NCBI GenBank assembly: GCA_002633005.1
Contig: NMRA01000267.1
Coordinates: forward strand, 351,765-415,764
Reading direction: 5' to 3'
Length of the DNA: 64,000 nucleotides
DNA from: Phoronis australis
Taxonomy: Eukaryota; Animalia; Phoronida
In this document: positions 40,573 through 53,700 of the stretch, piece after piece
Numbering within the stretch: the stretch's first letter is position 1
Layout of the letters: each line of letters starts with the position of its first letter
Made by a program: the position numbers and the translations under genes
The notes under the pieces: generated by a model
The model's database searches: none
Told to the model about the DNA's origin: nothing
What the model saw: the letters and a program-made list of their open reading frames with translations, nothing else

Positions 40573-41000
40573 ATGTTGTCCGCTAATGTTGTTAGAGTAG
40601 TTCTTTTGCCGCCTTTGTACAGTACACCGAGTGGAATAAGTGCCACTGTCCAAACACGATTAAACAACCTGATCACTAAAGACTATACTCAAGGGCACAA
40701 AATTTACAAAAATCTCAAGCAATTTCATCGGATTCTGCTGATTTTCCGGTTTTCATTCGTTCCAAGATAACAACGCATTTAGCAGTCCCCCCGGTACGAG
40801 TGTCTTACGTTACTACTACTGTGCCCCCTAAAGACAGATTTCGGAAGTAAAATCAGTAAGATTATTTCTAAGGTAAAAATCGTAGCCTAAGCGCATAACA
40901 CTTTTGAGGGGTTCAGGTCTAGTGACCATTTTTTGTAACTAACCAAGGGTTTGCCCCTAAACAGCAGAGCCAGTGTATTTATGACGTATGAGAAGTAGTA

Positions 41001-41884
41001 TTATACCACAATATTAGAGTCAAATGGCAAATACAACCGTGTAATAACCCATTTAGTTAACTCACTAGTGAGATAACATTTTGGCGGGAAACCGAGGCCG
41101 GTGTCGAACCTGGGCCTAAAGAGTTTGAGTCGCCGACTTTACCACTACACCATTCAGCGGCTGACGTCATCGAACGTAAAAATAGAATACTTAAATGAGC
41201 ACGCCCACCAATCGCATGTTCAGCAAAGGGCATTGTACCGACATCTACATGTATACGCTGTGAAAAATAAGACGCATAATTTCCATAAAACGATATTTCA
41301 GTGCAGTGAAATTTTTCTCTCGTGTTCCCTGACTTGTAAATCACCTATCTCCAATTTGAATGCGGGTATCGTGCCTTCGTGATCTTTTGACTGGAGCATT
41401 ATACTCAGTCAGTCCTAGTGGTAACCTACTTTAGCAGACGATATTTTCCCGGTCGAAGCTTAGCCTGATAAAATGTGTAGTAAGCTATAATAGTTACTAA
41501 ACCTTAATTTATAGATTCACTTGATTTCTATTTTGTTTAAATTTTCAATTGGTTTTGAGTAAAAGCATTATTTGACAAAAATAGTGCCGGCTTTTCTTAA
41601 AAGGTCACGATCTCCGACCCCGGGCCTCTGACATAGAAAGTAGCAACAAAGCCGGGACGAGACGAGAAAGTTAGATCGATTCATTGCGATGTTTCTCGTT
41701 CAGTATGTGGTATAAATAGATTATTACATGTTCTCAGTCGTTATCCCCCTTATCTAGAGCCATCGTGGATTTTGTAGAATTATCACCCTCGGGGCTAACG
41801 CACCCCGGCGATAATTCTCCAAAATCCTCTCGGGCTCTAGATAACGGGGGATAACGACTTCGCCATGTAATAATCTATATTTAT
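41001..41884. mobile_element. TTAT-bounded non-coding element with 163-bp subterminal palindrome (Crypton-like)
   Basis: Absent in copy 1 (tattat|gtag at ~1315-1324). TTAT at 41001 and 41881; hairpin at 41716-41878 centred on ggctaacgc. Confidence 0.7.
41091..41159 (-). mobile_element. tRNA-derived SINE head or tRNA pseudogene
   Basis: A-box TGGTGTAGTGG and B-box GGTTCGACACC with tRNA spacing; imperfect acceptor and anticodon stems. Confidence 0.65.
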
Positions 41885-42357
41885 GTAAATCAACTAGTGG
41901 AGGTTGTCTCCCAATATAAATATCTTAGGATATTTTTACACCAAGACTAATTTGCGACTAAAACTCTGGGACGACAAGGTAGCAAAACTGCTATCTTTAA
42001 ACAGGTGCACGGAATTACCATTGAGGCTATCAACTGTTTGATGATAAAATTGCTGGTCTAACTATACGCTACGGTGCGGAAATCTGGGGATTTAAAGAAT
42101 GTATATGTCAGATTCTATAAAATTGATTTTGGAGTTGAAAACTCTTGCTCAAACACAGCGGTATTTGGCGAATTTGAAATTCATCCGCTTGAAGCAAAGT
42201 ACACATGTGTAAATATTGGCTAAAGTTGTTGAAAATACCACCTACTAGATACATTAAAGTGGCCTGTGACATGTTAGAGAATTTACGTCACAACAGAAGT
42301 GATACTTGGGTATCTCTTGTTAGACAATTGCAATCAAAATACGGCTTTGATGACCAT

Positions 42358-42435
42358 AGACCATGGGCGGCGCAGCACTGAAAAAAGAGGAGGAGCTATA
42401 GCCCCCAGCCCCTTATGGTGCGGCGCCCATGGTCT
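42358..42435. mobile_element. Tiny MITE (agaccatgggcg TIR); relatives at ~42925-42995 and 48818-48886
   Basis: Shared catgggcggcgcagcac...gctatagccccc core and inverted ends. Confidence 0.7.
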
Positions 42436-43920
42436 ATTAGCAAATGTGCCTTTTTAATTTTTGTTTATTGAACTTTGGGCCTGAGGCCTTTAATACAGTC
42501 AGAGATTTCGGAAGTAAAACCAGTAAGATTATTCCTAGGGTGAAAACCATGCACCAAACGCGTAACGCTTTTAACGTGTTCAGGTCTAGTGACTATTTTT
42601 CGTAACTAACCTAGTTTCTGGTCACTGCCTGCCTGGGTTTGCCTCAAATAGCAGAGTCAGCGCATGTATGACGCGAGGGAGGGACGAAAGTGATGATGAC
42701 CAGAAATGGGGACGCGATAGGGAGAAATATGGAATTTGAAACCATGAAGAGCAAGCTTTTGGTCAAATTAATTCCCCCATAATACTATTTGTCTTCTTAC
42801 GAGCTTGAGTAAGTAGGTGCGACCTGCAAAAATCATCTTACCCGTGTAATTGTCTCTCTGGGCTGGGATGAATACTAAACTTCAAAACTATCCGCTGGAT
42901 AAGTTTGATTGTTTCGTGACGTCACATGGCCGGCGCACCACATGGGGGGGGCTGTAGCCCCCACTTTTTTCAGTGCTACGCCGCACATGGTCTATAGGCG
43001 GTGTACCAAATGGGGGCTTTTCTCATTGCAGCGCCGCCCGGGCGTCAGAGCATAGGGAAACATTGCGAGGTCTTTGTTGCTATGCAGCGTATAACTTTTA
43101 TGCAACTGAGCTAAATATATGATAAAAGCTACACTTTTAACAGTTGCTTCAGTCGGGAAACGGGGAATAACAGCTTTTCTTGTAGGTTTTCTGTTGAGGA
43201 TGCCAGCTATTAGATCACAAAATTTTTGTCATATCCTACAATGTCACCAAAATATTTATATAGCGTGAAGTACGAAACCTTCCCTATTTTGAAGACTCTA
43301 TCTTAACTTGTAAAAGCATGTTGAAATGTTTATTTTTCAACCACCTGTGAGCTATTTTCATTTGTTTCCGGTTAAATGATTTTTTAAAAGAGATGCCGCA
43401 AACGAACAGTTACTGACAATGAGTGTGGCTTTCGCATATTGGATTTCCTGGTGTAACGTACAATGAAAATATAATTAGGCAAATTCATCGATGGTCCAAA
43501 TATACACATCTTCCAATTGTGTCGGAGGGCACAAGATCAAGGCAGTGTATGGTAACACCATAAGCCCTCACTATTGGACAGTTCGTATTCAATGAATTAT
43601 CTCGATCGCTTTTTGTTGTTTTTGAATGACAGTGTACGAACAGTTATTAAAATTTGAGTGACACACGCATCTCTGCAGAATATGTTACCTCCGGTACTGA
43701 GATGAACGAACTGGTGTACCTAGCGCGATATTGCCGTCACCAATAAGATGTAGCTCATTGGTCGTCAGTTGACTGCACTTTCACCTTCCCGCTGCGCACG
43801 GTGTTTTCGTAGTCTCGGCTAGTTCCACTGTTCGCCGACACGAACAAAATTCGTTTCCGCCCGACGGCAACCCACGAGGCCCGACGGCACCGGTGAAATT
43901 TAGAATTTCGTGTCCGTCAC

Positions 43921-44198
43921 CAGGGGCGGATCCAGGATTTTGAGTTGGGGGGGGGGCAGGGCACAGGAATAACCAGAATTTCGCCACATGCGCGCACTCA
44001 GCCTGAAATGTAGGACCTTATTACTAAAGAAAGGTAAACAGGGTTTTTTCAAGGCCTATGCGTTGTGCATTCACCCCCCGAGCCCCCCTCTGGGTACACG
44101 AATATGCTAGTCAGCAATTTGCACCCCGATCTGCCAAATGGTATCTGGGAGAATTTTAGGGGGGCATGGCCGAATGGCCCCCCGTAAATCCGCCACTG
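43921..44198. mobile_element. hAT5-like MITE
   Basis: TIR cag(g/t)ggcggat; 5-bp TSD gtcac. Confidence 0.88.
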
Positions 44199-46366
44199 GT
44201 CACAGCCTCAGTATTGTGTACTCAGACAGCTACGCCTGTGTGCCCAAGAAAGTTTCATACCTGTAGCCATCACCACACTTAAGGAGGCGAAAAAATCCCA
44301 TTTTCAATTCGACACTATCTGACACGAACTTGTGCCCTACGCCTCATTGAGCCCGTCTTCGGGTCGACGTCCTCCATTATCTTCACTATGATGAAGTTTC
44401 CGCTTTTGTAAAAGGAAGGAGAAGAAAAGAAGAAGAAAATGACGATGACAATGAAGAAGTCTTGTGTATTTCTAACAATTTTAGTATTGCACAGGATCAT
44501 GTTCAATAAATCTTCCATTGTCTTGGTGAGTACAAACTTATAGTACGGAGCAAGCAAAGACGTTGACTAACTTCATTGGTCGCCGCCATTGTTGTGTCAT
44601 GGACTGTGGCGAAACCTAGCGGGTGTGTGAGCCGACGAAGTACTCGAGGCGTCGACTACCATGGCCGATTAATATTTTAATTTGTCAAATTCAAAATGGT
44701 GGAGCGTTTTTGTTTAAAATATTGAGAACAAAAATATGAGCAATGTAATGGAAAAATACAAATAGGCAAAATATAGAGTAAATCGGGCAAAAGTAAATAA
44801 ATTTTGAGACAAACATCATAAACAAGGGGGTGACTCAGTAATCAGAGGTGAGCAGGTGAAAGTTGGTAATCGGAGGGTGTGAAGGTACAGAACCTGTAAG
44901 ATTTTGTCGAGGGGGGAAAGGTCAGGGAAGTAATAAACATAGCATAGATCTGCTGAAAAAGAGGTAGGAGCAAAAACGAGGAGTGGGGCGCCCCTCAACC
45001 AAAAAGTTGGTGGCGGAGATAGATTTCTGCTCCGAATATTCTAAGTGCTAATATCAATTAATTAACGAGTAATTTTTAAAAGTTTCAACACACAAACTTT
45101 GTTTAAGAATAAAATTGAAAAGTTAACGAACTCTCCTCCCCCCCAACCACCAAATGTTTCCTGCGCCAATGTCCAAAAACTGCACACTTACGCCATCAAA
45201 AGACGGGTACAGATCCTTGTTTCGAAAATTCGAACGTTACGAAATTCTACATTCAAGTAGGGTGCCCGTACCCAGTTACATTAAACAGTTCTAAATACCG
45301 ACCCATTAGGGGCATATCCAAGAATTTTTAAAGTGGTTGCAACGGATCAAAAACTTTTAAGAGGGGCTGTCCAAGTAAACAATTTGAAAATTCTAGATTT
45401 GATATCACTAAAATCAAGGGAAAATGGGTTGTCCGGACCCCTTTGACCGCCCCTAGATCCGTCTGTGCTCAACTGAGTTTCCCAAATCTTTTGCGCATTT
45501 GTTTCGTTCTTTACCCACAGTTGTTATATTTTTCTATCATTTTATCTTTATTATGACCTGACCTCTATTGACTTATGACGTTTTCTAACAATACAACCTG
45601 TATTTCTAAAAACTGAGCCATTAATTCAGTCAATCTACTTAGGGACTTAGTCCTTAAATTAGGGACGTTGCAAGAAAAGATCCCTACTTATTTTCAGTAA
45701 TATTGAGAACTCAAAATAGAAAACTAACAAATACGCAGTAGATTTAGGGAACATAGTGGTGTCGCTATTTGGGCCTGTTTCTTGCAACCCGGCACTGTAC
45801 CAGTAGCATCCGTGCGTGATGGTACCTGAAATGGGTAACAAATTGAGAAGGAATGGGGTAGGGAGTTGAAAATCAGAAAGAGATGAAATTCTTGCCTACA
45901 CTCCAGTAAACCTGCCTTGTATGCCCTCATAAAACAGTCAACATGCCTATTGAATACACAGTCAATTTGAGGTATTTTTACGATGCTTTGCAGATCTCGT
46001 AAACCATTCACATTTTTTTAATATTAAATCAACTATCAGCAGTTAATTAAAGTAGTAGGTTGAAAGCTATTTAGTTGTTGGTAATATGTATACACATGTG
46101 TTGACTGTAACTAAACCACGTTTCTTTTTATTTCATCTAGCAAATTCGTCTATAATTCGTTTAAAAACGCTCCCACTTCCCCATAAAATTTTGAGAACAC
46201 AACATTTTCAACTTCGGCTATCTTCGGAAAATACGTCACACCAGGGAAGTGACCAGATCATTGCCCAGTCTGTTCATAGTGTCCATTGCTGTGTGCCAAT
46301 AGAAGTACTTTTTCCAACTTAGACGAAGTTTTACATTAAACTGGAGTAAAATAATTTGAAGAAGAA

Positions 46367-46550
46367 TGCCGGACCGTTGTGTAGTTGGAGTCTGTGACAA
46401 AACGCCACGGGCTGGAGTATCTATGCACAAGTTTCCACCGATCCAAGACTGCGTCGCAAGTGGGAAGACTTTGTGAAATCCTCGAGTGGAGCGTCGCCGT
46501 ATTCGGTAATATATAGCGAACATTTTTCTATGGATTGCTTTGAGGACGAC
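46367..46550 (+). pseudogene. THAP domain remnant, probably of a Kolobok element starting near ttaa|agtagtagg (~46050)
   Basis: MPDRCVVGVCDKT..GVSMHKFP, then WEDFVK and SEHFSMDCF in shifted frames. Confidence 0.7.
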
Positions 46551-46791
46551 AGCGTGCAATACGAGTATAGTTGTAAACCAAGATATGTGAACTGTACATC
46601 CCGACGCTTTGCGGAAGGTAGTAGGCCTTAGCAGTGCCGAGTTATGGATGTGTTTAGACAGTAACCACAGTCTCTAGCTTGCTCACTAGAGGCAGTGTAG
46701 CTCTTATGAGCACTTCTTACGCCGGAAGCTTTTCGTCGAATTATGCCTCACACCGACTAAACATCAAAGCCACGTTGTTATAAATACTTTA

Positions 46792-47426
46792 CAGGGGCGG
46801 ATCCAGGATTTTGAGTTGACGGGGGGGGGGGGAGGTCACAGGAATAACCAGAATTTCGCGTCATGCGCGCTCCCAGCCTAAAATGTAGGAATGAAGGAGG
46901 TCACGAATGTTTGGGTTTGTGGACATTATTACAAAACAAACAAACAAACAAAAAAACAAACTGGTGTTTTCAGGGCCTATGCATTGTGCATTCACCCCCC
47001 GAACCTATGGTGGGCCGTTGAGGGGAAAGTGTCGCCGTAAAATTACGCTCGTAATTACGAGCGTAATTTAAATTGCAGGAATGTCGCCGTAAAATTACGC
47101 TCGTAATTACGAGCGTAATTTGAATTGCTGGAGTGTCGCCGTAAAATTACGCTCGTAAATTAAATGGTGAAAATTTTCGCCGTAAAATTACGCTCGTAAT
47201 TACGAGCGTAAATTAATAANCGTAAATAACGGCGTAAATAACGGCGTATTGTACATAATTACGCTCGTATTTTTCCGGCGACACTTTCCCCCCAACGGCC
47301 CATGATACGAACCCCCCTGGGTGCGCGCATATGCTAGTCAGCAATTAGCACCCTGAACTGCCAAGTGGAATCTGGGAAATTTCAGGGGGGGCATGACCCC
47401 CTTGGCCCCCAATAAATCTGCTTCTG
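46792..47426. mobile_element. hAT5-like MITE (sister of 43921-44198) with nested insert
   Basis: Same internal sequence as 43921-44198; 5-bp TSD cttta. Confidence 0.85.
47006..47307. mobile_element. IS3EU-like MITE filled with palindromic tandem repeats
   Basis: TIR tat..tgggccgttg.ggggaaagtgtcgccg; 6-bp TSD cgaacc; internal aattacgctcgtaattacgagcgtaatt repeats; empty site in the sister MITE near 44079. Confidence 0.8.
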
Positions 47427-47749
47427 CTTTATGCGCATAGAAGGACACCTTAGGAGGCCGTTAATTTCTTCCAACTCGAGCAAATACTAATTTTACCAAA
47501 CTTTCTTCGAGCAGTCCTTCGTTCAGTTCCAAAAATCGGAAACTGGGCATTTTTACTCTGCGCACGCCAGGGGATATGACGTCATACTACCTGCCGCGAT
47601 TATATTGGCCACGTCAGGCTGATGATGTAGTATAATAAATTTTATTCATAGCCAAAACGTATAAAACAGAAAGAAGAAAATAACAGACTGGTGGCGTTAA
47701 AAAGACACTGGGAAAGTACTTGATTAACTGTATCTAGTGCATGTAGCTA

Positions 47750-48280
47750 ACGAGCAATGTTTTTCACTGCGACAGGAACTGCGTCCAAATTTCTGAGAAT
47801 ATAAACTGTTCCTCTTATGACCTGTTTGGCTCTATTCAGCGAGGCTTTCATTTTCAAACATTTTTGAGCCTTTAGGTACTGAAATAGAACTTTTCTATTC
47901 ACAACCATGTCCTTGGGGTAAGTTTCACTCACATAGAAGTCTGTGCCCAAACAGTCTCTCTCTGCTTGGAGAAAGCGAACTTTGTTACCATGGGCTTTGG
48001 TTTCGCCTTTTCCTTGACTCGGCCCAACCTGTGCACTGCTCAAAACATAAATCATCCGCTTTAAGCCCTAACTTTTTCTTAATAATGTGAACAACATCCT
48101 CACAGAATTCTACTTCTTTTTCTTGCAGCCTGAAAAAAAGCAAATTGCTGAGTCTTAGTGGTTCTCAATGTTTGTACACTTTTCTTTCATTTCTCGGTTG
48201 GATTTTTGGCACTCTAACAACCACTAGTCAATGAGCTCTCCATTTTTCTTGGACCGCTCATTACACTGTAACTTCATCGG
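47750..48280 (-). mobile_element. LINE ORF1 (L1-type RRM/CTD) remnant
   Basis: AHRLGRVKEKAKPKPMVTKF and FYVSETYPKDMVVNRKVLFQYLK in shifted frames. Confidence 0.65.
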
Positions 48281-50189
48281 CCGTGTTTTGTTGATAAAAG
48301 TAGGCGGTCAAACGACCACGTTTTTTGGGAGACACCGATTAACTTTTTACGAGATTTTGGTTTAGAGAATGCAAGGTTGTCACCCGGGTTTGAGTATTTG
48401 TTGTACCTGAATCAAAAATCGATACACTTTGATGTATCACATGCAAAAATTTGACTTAATTTGAATTTCATCTATCTCATTCGCAACAGTAGGGTCGTGC
48501 AACTGTAAATTGGACGTCATCATGTATTTGGATATTTCGATCTCGGGTGAACGACGAAACTGTTTCGTCGATTTATTTCATAGTGGGGCCTTTCAGGACA
48601 TGGATATTTCGTTCTGTTGCTTTGTGGTATGAAGATGTAATTTTTCATGACCACACAAATGAATATCACAGAAAAAACTATAATCGAGAGCCAACGTCTT
48701 TTTCATTACCCAAAACCTCTTTGATGAAATTAATTGAGTTTTCTCAAAATAAATTGCAACAATATTAATTCTTGATAGCTAATTGTTTGATTTCAAAATT
48801 GTATTGTGAGCATGAACATGGGCGGCGCAGCACCTAAAAAAGCGGGGGCTATAGCCCCCCAGTCCCCATTTGGTGTACCGCCCATGAAATCAAGTACATA
48901 ACTGCTAAAACAAGTTGATATGAACCTAAGTAGTAAGACAGGCTGGTGAGTATTGCGGCACGAGATTACCAGAGGGACTCTCCTAGTATATGAAGTGAAT
49001 GTGATAGGGGGTCGGAATGCGGATCCAGAGTTCGGGTAGGTGGGCTACCGAAAGCTGAAGGGAAGAAAACTAACGCAAACGAGGCTGGCATCAAGGCTGG
49101 TTATCATCAATCATGATTATATCCCGGATCTTTTCCTCGTTCAACATGCTACTATCTCGTTTTAGGCTTACGATTTCTTGGGCCTTTAACGGTACTTGTG
49201 TATTTTGATGGCATATTTTCAACACTTAATGAACCAAATAATCCAACAAAAATATTTTTTGTGAAATAAATAATGAGTGCCGGTACAGGTAGGTGGTCCT
49301 CAGAATTAAAAGTCTCTCTCCTTAACATCTGTATAGATTGAGAGTAGGAAAAAAATTCGCATGGGTGCGTTCGTGTGATAAGGGACCCACGTGGTTTGGC
49401 TGAATGCGAACATTTCTATGGGAATTTCACTTGCGACACCTATTGAATTTCGAGTTCCCCATTAAGTTCTTTTCTGATAATATGTGAACTCGTTAAATGT
49501 CTCGCAGCTTTCTTGGTCACGGTTCATGCAAATGGACATGCAAATGAAGTCAATGTCTCCACCTTGCTGTCAAAGGGTTAGGGCGAACATGTCGAAAAGA
49601 CCCAGACTGACATTTCGCAGACTGTAGTAGTTATCTATTGAACACTCCGCATGTGTACTAAACATGATGTAAACCTTTATTGACGCAATGTGCTAAGCCC
49701 CACCTTTGCCCCATGAACCTGTATTCATATGTTATGTTCGCATGCGGGAGAACGAGGTAACACCACTTTTGCGAAAACCATCGAGTTGATTTTTGACCAC
49801 ATTCGGGTGATTAGTCAGGTAAGGCAGACGTATTTGGTGATGCTCTTCTGTTTTCTTGGTTTTGAGGCTAAATTTTGCTATTAGGTTAACTTACATGTAT
49901 TATCCATCAACTCTATATCTTGCAAGACAATTGCGTTCGCTGGATATAGTAAATCTTTTGGTTCTTGACTTTACAACGAACTCTGCGTTTACATGCATTG
50001 CTCCTTTAGTCCAGGACCACAAATTCAATTCATATTTTAAAATAACATGTTGAACCTAATTACAAACATGCATTGGAATATACAATTACAGACTCGTTCA
50101 TGGGCGAGTTGTTTTTTTTGAAAAATTTGGGCATTTTACCTGCAATCTTTAACTTTATCCCAAGAACGCAAAAACTGTGTTGCTTGAAT

Positions 50190-50254
50190 CACAGGCACAT
50201 TTAAGTAGCTCTCTACAATATAACATTGTAGAGAGCTACTTAAAGGTGCCTGTG
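50190..50254. mobile_element. 65-bp fold-back mini-MITE (P-like)
   Basis: cacaggcac...gtgcctgtg, nearly fully palindromic; 7-bp TSD cttgaat. Confidence 0.85.
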
Positions 50255-50386
50255 CTTGAATAAAAAACTGCTGAACATCAGGAAGTAGCTCTGCGTAAAC
50301 GACTGACATGTATGGTACATTAGTTTTAATGCCGTTGTTACCAGCTTTCAATCACTGCGGTAAACCTGCACGCTAACGCTTGTCTT

Positions 50387-50395
50387 TTATAATTA
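50387..50395 (+). promoter_or_regulatory. Candidate TATA box of the WxxW gene
   Basis: ttataatta about 60 bp upstream of the ATG at 50447. Confidence 0.4.
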
Positions 50396-50446
50396 GTGTA
50401 GATGTCTTCGTCTGTAGGCCAGTACTCGAAAACGTCACCACTGAAA

Positions 50447-50750
50447 ATGTGGAAATTGGAAATTGCTTGCGTCTTGCTGTTGACGAACTGCGCGCTTGGG
50501 TACTCCGTCGACCAAAGTACAACTCTTCCCTGGACGGACGAATTAGTCCCCACTCCTGAACCAGAAGAGACTCTTGTGGATGGAGACGAAAACTACGGCT
50601 TTGAAGGAAAACTACACTCTGACGATGTGCACGGCGACGAAACGCTGCAGTTACGACTGGAAGAACAAGAATTGACTGAACAAGACGAATTTGTGGTCGC
50701 AGATGAAAGTGGCGAAAGAACAGAGGTGGACGCACGTGCAACGAAAATCT
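50447..50750 (+). CDS. WxxW gene exon 1: signal peptide and acidic region
   Basis: MWKLEIACVLLLTNCALG, then an E/D-rich stretch; donor T|gtaagt. Confidence 0.85.
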
Positions 50751-53700
50751 GTAAGTGAATCTACATAGAATAACAAGTTAACAGATTGCCTTGATGACGT
50801 AACAGAACGTTTTCAGCTGGAAAAAATAAAATGTAGCATGCGAGTCTGCCTATAATGGCCAACTGAAGAACTGGGACTGGTTAAATTTTTTTGTTTTATA
50901 TTCCAAACTACCGTTCTTTTTGGAGGGAGGAGGTAGCGAATTGTAACCACTGGCACCTTTAATCAGCCCTCAACTATACACTAAAAAAAGAGAAAGGTAT
51001 ACAACTGTTATCCAATATGGCCGCCTGTCTGGCTCTTCCGGAATAACTACAAACATGCCAAATCTGAGTGTAATTTAACTCCAACATTTTATCTGCGAGA
51101 GCAACACATTCACTAGTTGCAGCATTTGTTGATATCGAAACGAGTAATTACCAGGAACATTACCTTTATACTTCTCAACGAGCACGCTGATGTTGGTGAA
51201 GAAAAATTGGTCAACATTTCAAGGTGCCTTCCAATTGTTTTCCGTTCGTCCAAATCATTATGCTTGTAGAGTAATTATTGTTCACTTTGTTTGTATTGTT
51301 GCTGGTTTTAGTTGATGTAAAGGTTCTGAAGATGTTGCTAGCATGCGCATTAGCTGATGCCGAATGGCACATTTCTCGCTCTACGCTTTGGCGTGAATGT
51401 TGCCGATTGAACTAGGAAAATCTAGAGGTATTGATGGTATTTATTGGTTTCAATGTCAACAAATGCTGCAACTAGTGAACGTGTTGCTGTCGCAGATAAA
51501 ATGTTTGGGTTAAATAATTACTCTCAGATTTGACAGGCTTGGAGTTATTCCAGAATTGCCCGCCAGGCCATATTGGATAACAGTTGTATACCTTTCTCTT
51601 TATTTAGTGAATACTTGAGGGCTGATTTAAGTGCCTGTGATTGTAACGTGGATATATACACGTTAGTTATGTGAAAGACGATACACATGAGAATTGTTGG
51701 ATTTACCTACATTTTATCTCAGTTCAAAGTTAAATGTACTTGTAGTTCTAAATAAAGTCTTATACTTAAAGGTTTTTGGCTCTGTGTAGAACTTAATGAA
51801 TCAAAACGCAGACTTCAACTACCAAACCATAGCGTCAAAGTTTACAACAATTACACGTAGTTGTGGAGTTATTTTGAAATGGTTGTCAAATCAACGCCGT
51901 TATCGAATGCATTACTGTCTGGAGCGTGACACAACTGATTGGTCATGGCAATTAGAAAAACTATCAGGTGCCACTGAAATGACCCATGGTCCTGCGCAAC
52001 GCAAAACATAGTATACTCTACTTTTAGGTGGTTGTACCTACTGGACCAATTGGCTGGATCGTGATGACTCAACTGGTACTGGTGATTGGGAGACCTTGTC
52101 GGCATTCGTGAGTTCTTGAAAGCCTTCATGATTAAGAAAGCTCAATTTGTAAAGCGACATGAATGTCTTATAAATTTTCAATATTTTGGGCCCATGGCCA
52201 CAAGTACAAATGTCCTCAATTTTGCTTACGCACTTTTGACAAGGCCACATACACCGCCGTCTTGGAAAAACCTTTGTTTTTTGGGACGCGCTTTCGGTTT
52301 TACCTCTTTGTGGAGGCTAGGTTGCGTTTCTAACTTTAAAACAATATACGAGATGCTACATAAAAGTTCCGGTAATTTGGATATTGTGAGCAAACTCGAT
52401 TAATTGAGAAGTTCATGGCCTGACAGTTTAAAGTGCCACCTTTCCCAAATTTATGTGTCCGTATATGTGCGTGCTTGCGTCCGTACATGTGAAAGAAACA
52501 CTGGGATCATTATTTACGTGCCAAGGAAGGCTATTTTATAAAGGCCAGTGAAAGAAAACTAGTTCGACAAAATTTTGTTGATTCCCAAAGTACAGGAATT
52601 TTTGTGTGTCTCCTATACTATGAACTGGGTGGAGTTTAACTGTTTGCTTGCACGGCTCGATCCCTCACGTCAGTTGAAGGACGAGTTCCGCTCTTTTGAC
52701 GTAACTTTATCAGTGCTGTATGAAGCTAGTTAAAAGCAACTGAGTAGGCCAGATGTCTAACCTACGTTACTCAGTTACTCGTTCTTGGTGAAACATGGGT
52801 TACTGCATTTCACACTGAAGAATATCTCTGAAAATGTTTATCTAAATAAAATCCATGTTAAAAAATTTTAGATGAAAATGTCCTCGGTTTTTCGCAGTTC
52901 GTAGCATTAAAGGATCTAATTTACTCTTCGCTTAGGAAAATGTTATCATTCTGATAAAATATTAATAAGCATTTAATATTTATTGAAAACCGCATAACGT
53001 GAATAACTTTGCACCTCAATTTCTCGACGTGGTCCCATGCCATTATGAAAAGTTACACTGCAAATTGTCAGGTTACTCCCAAAAAGCCAATCTGCGAAGC
53101 AAAGCGTCCTCTTGCGATTATGTGCAGAGCTAGATATCTACCCAATGGCCGATACACGTATTTCAACCAAGACACAGACTTCAGTACCCTTCCAACTCCT
53201 CTAAAGGACATCAAGATGAGAGTGAAATGCAACCCGGAATGGGGACTTCTGTGCTTGAACAAAGATCAGAAAACAGCGATTGGATGTCGTCATTTTGACT
53301 TCCAAGTTCGCTTCAGGTGCCCTCATTGTAAGTAGGCCTATATTAAATTTAACTTGTTAAATGCATTTATCGTCAGTATCTCAGACATTTTTCGCTTGAT
53401 TTTTATATCAACCCTTAGGGTTCATTTTACATTTCTCAGTGTATTTATATCCTCCGGGTTCTACTTTTGTATTCATACACCTCTCTACTCGACACCTGAT
53501 TGGTCACTCACATTTCGTTTGTTCAGTGTAGTGTGGTCTAGTTCAGTCGGACACCTAGCTACCTCGTTGTCCAGAAGACCATTACATTTTTCCTCAGTTT
53601 TGTCTGCGTTCCCCTGGCAAAATGAATAGTGTATAACGTTCGTAACGGGCTTTCAATGACATTTGGTGATCACGTGGGACCCTCACTCCACCAACGCAGC

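Larger units (their letters stand above)
37510..46045 (+). repeat. Segmental duplication, copy 2
   Basis: See copy 1. Confidence 0.9.

Noticed and set aside
41091-41159. Functional tRNA gene
   Set aside because: Acceptor and anticodon stems are mismatched, there is no oligo-T terminator, and it lies inside a mobile insert.
47030-47270. CRISPR array
   Set aside because: Eukaryotic context, no unique spacers of proper length and no cas genes; the repeats lie within a TIR element.
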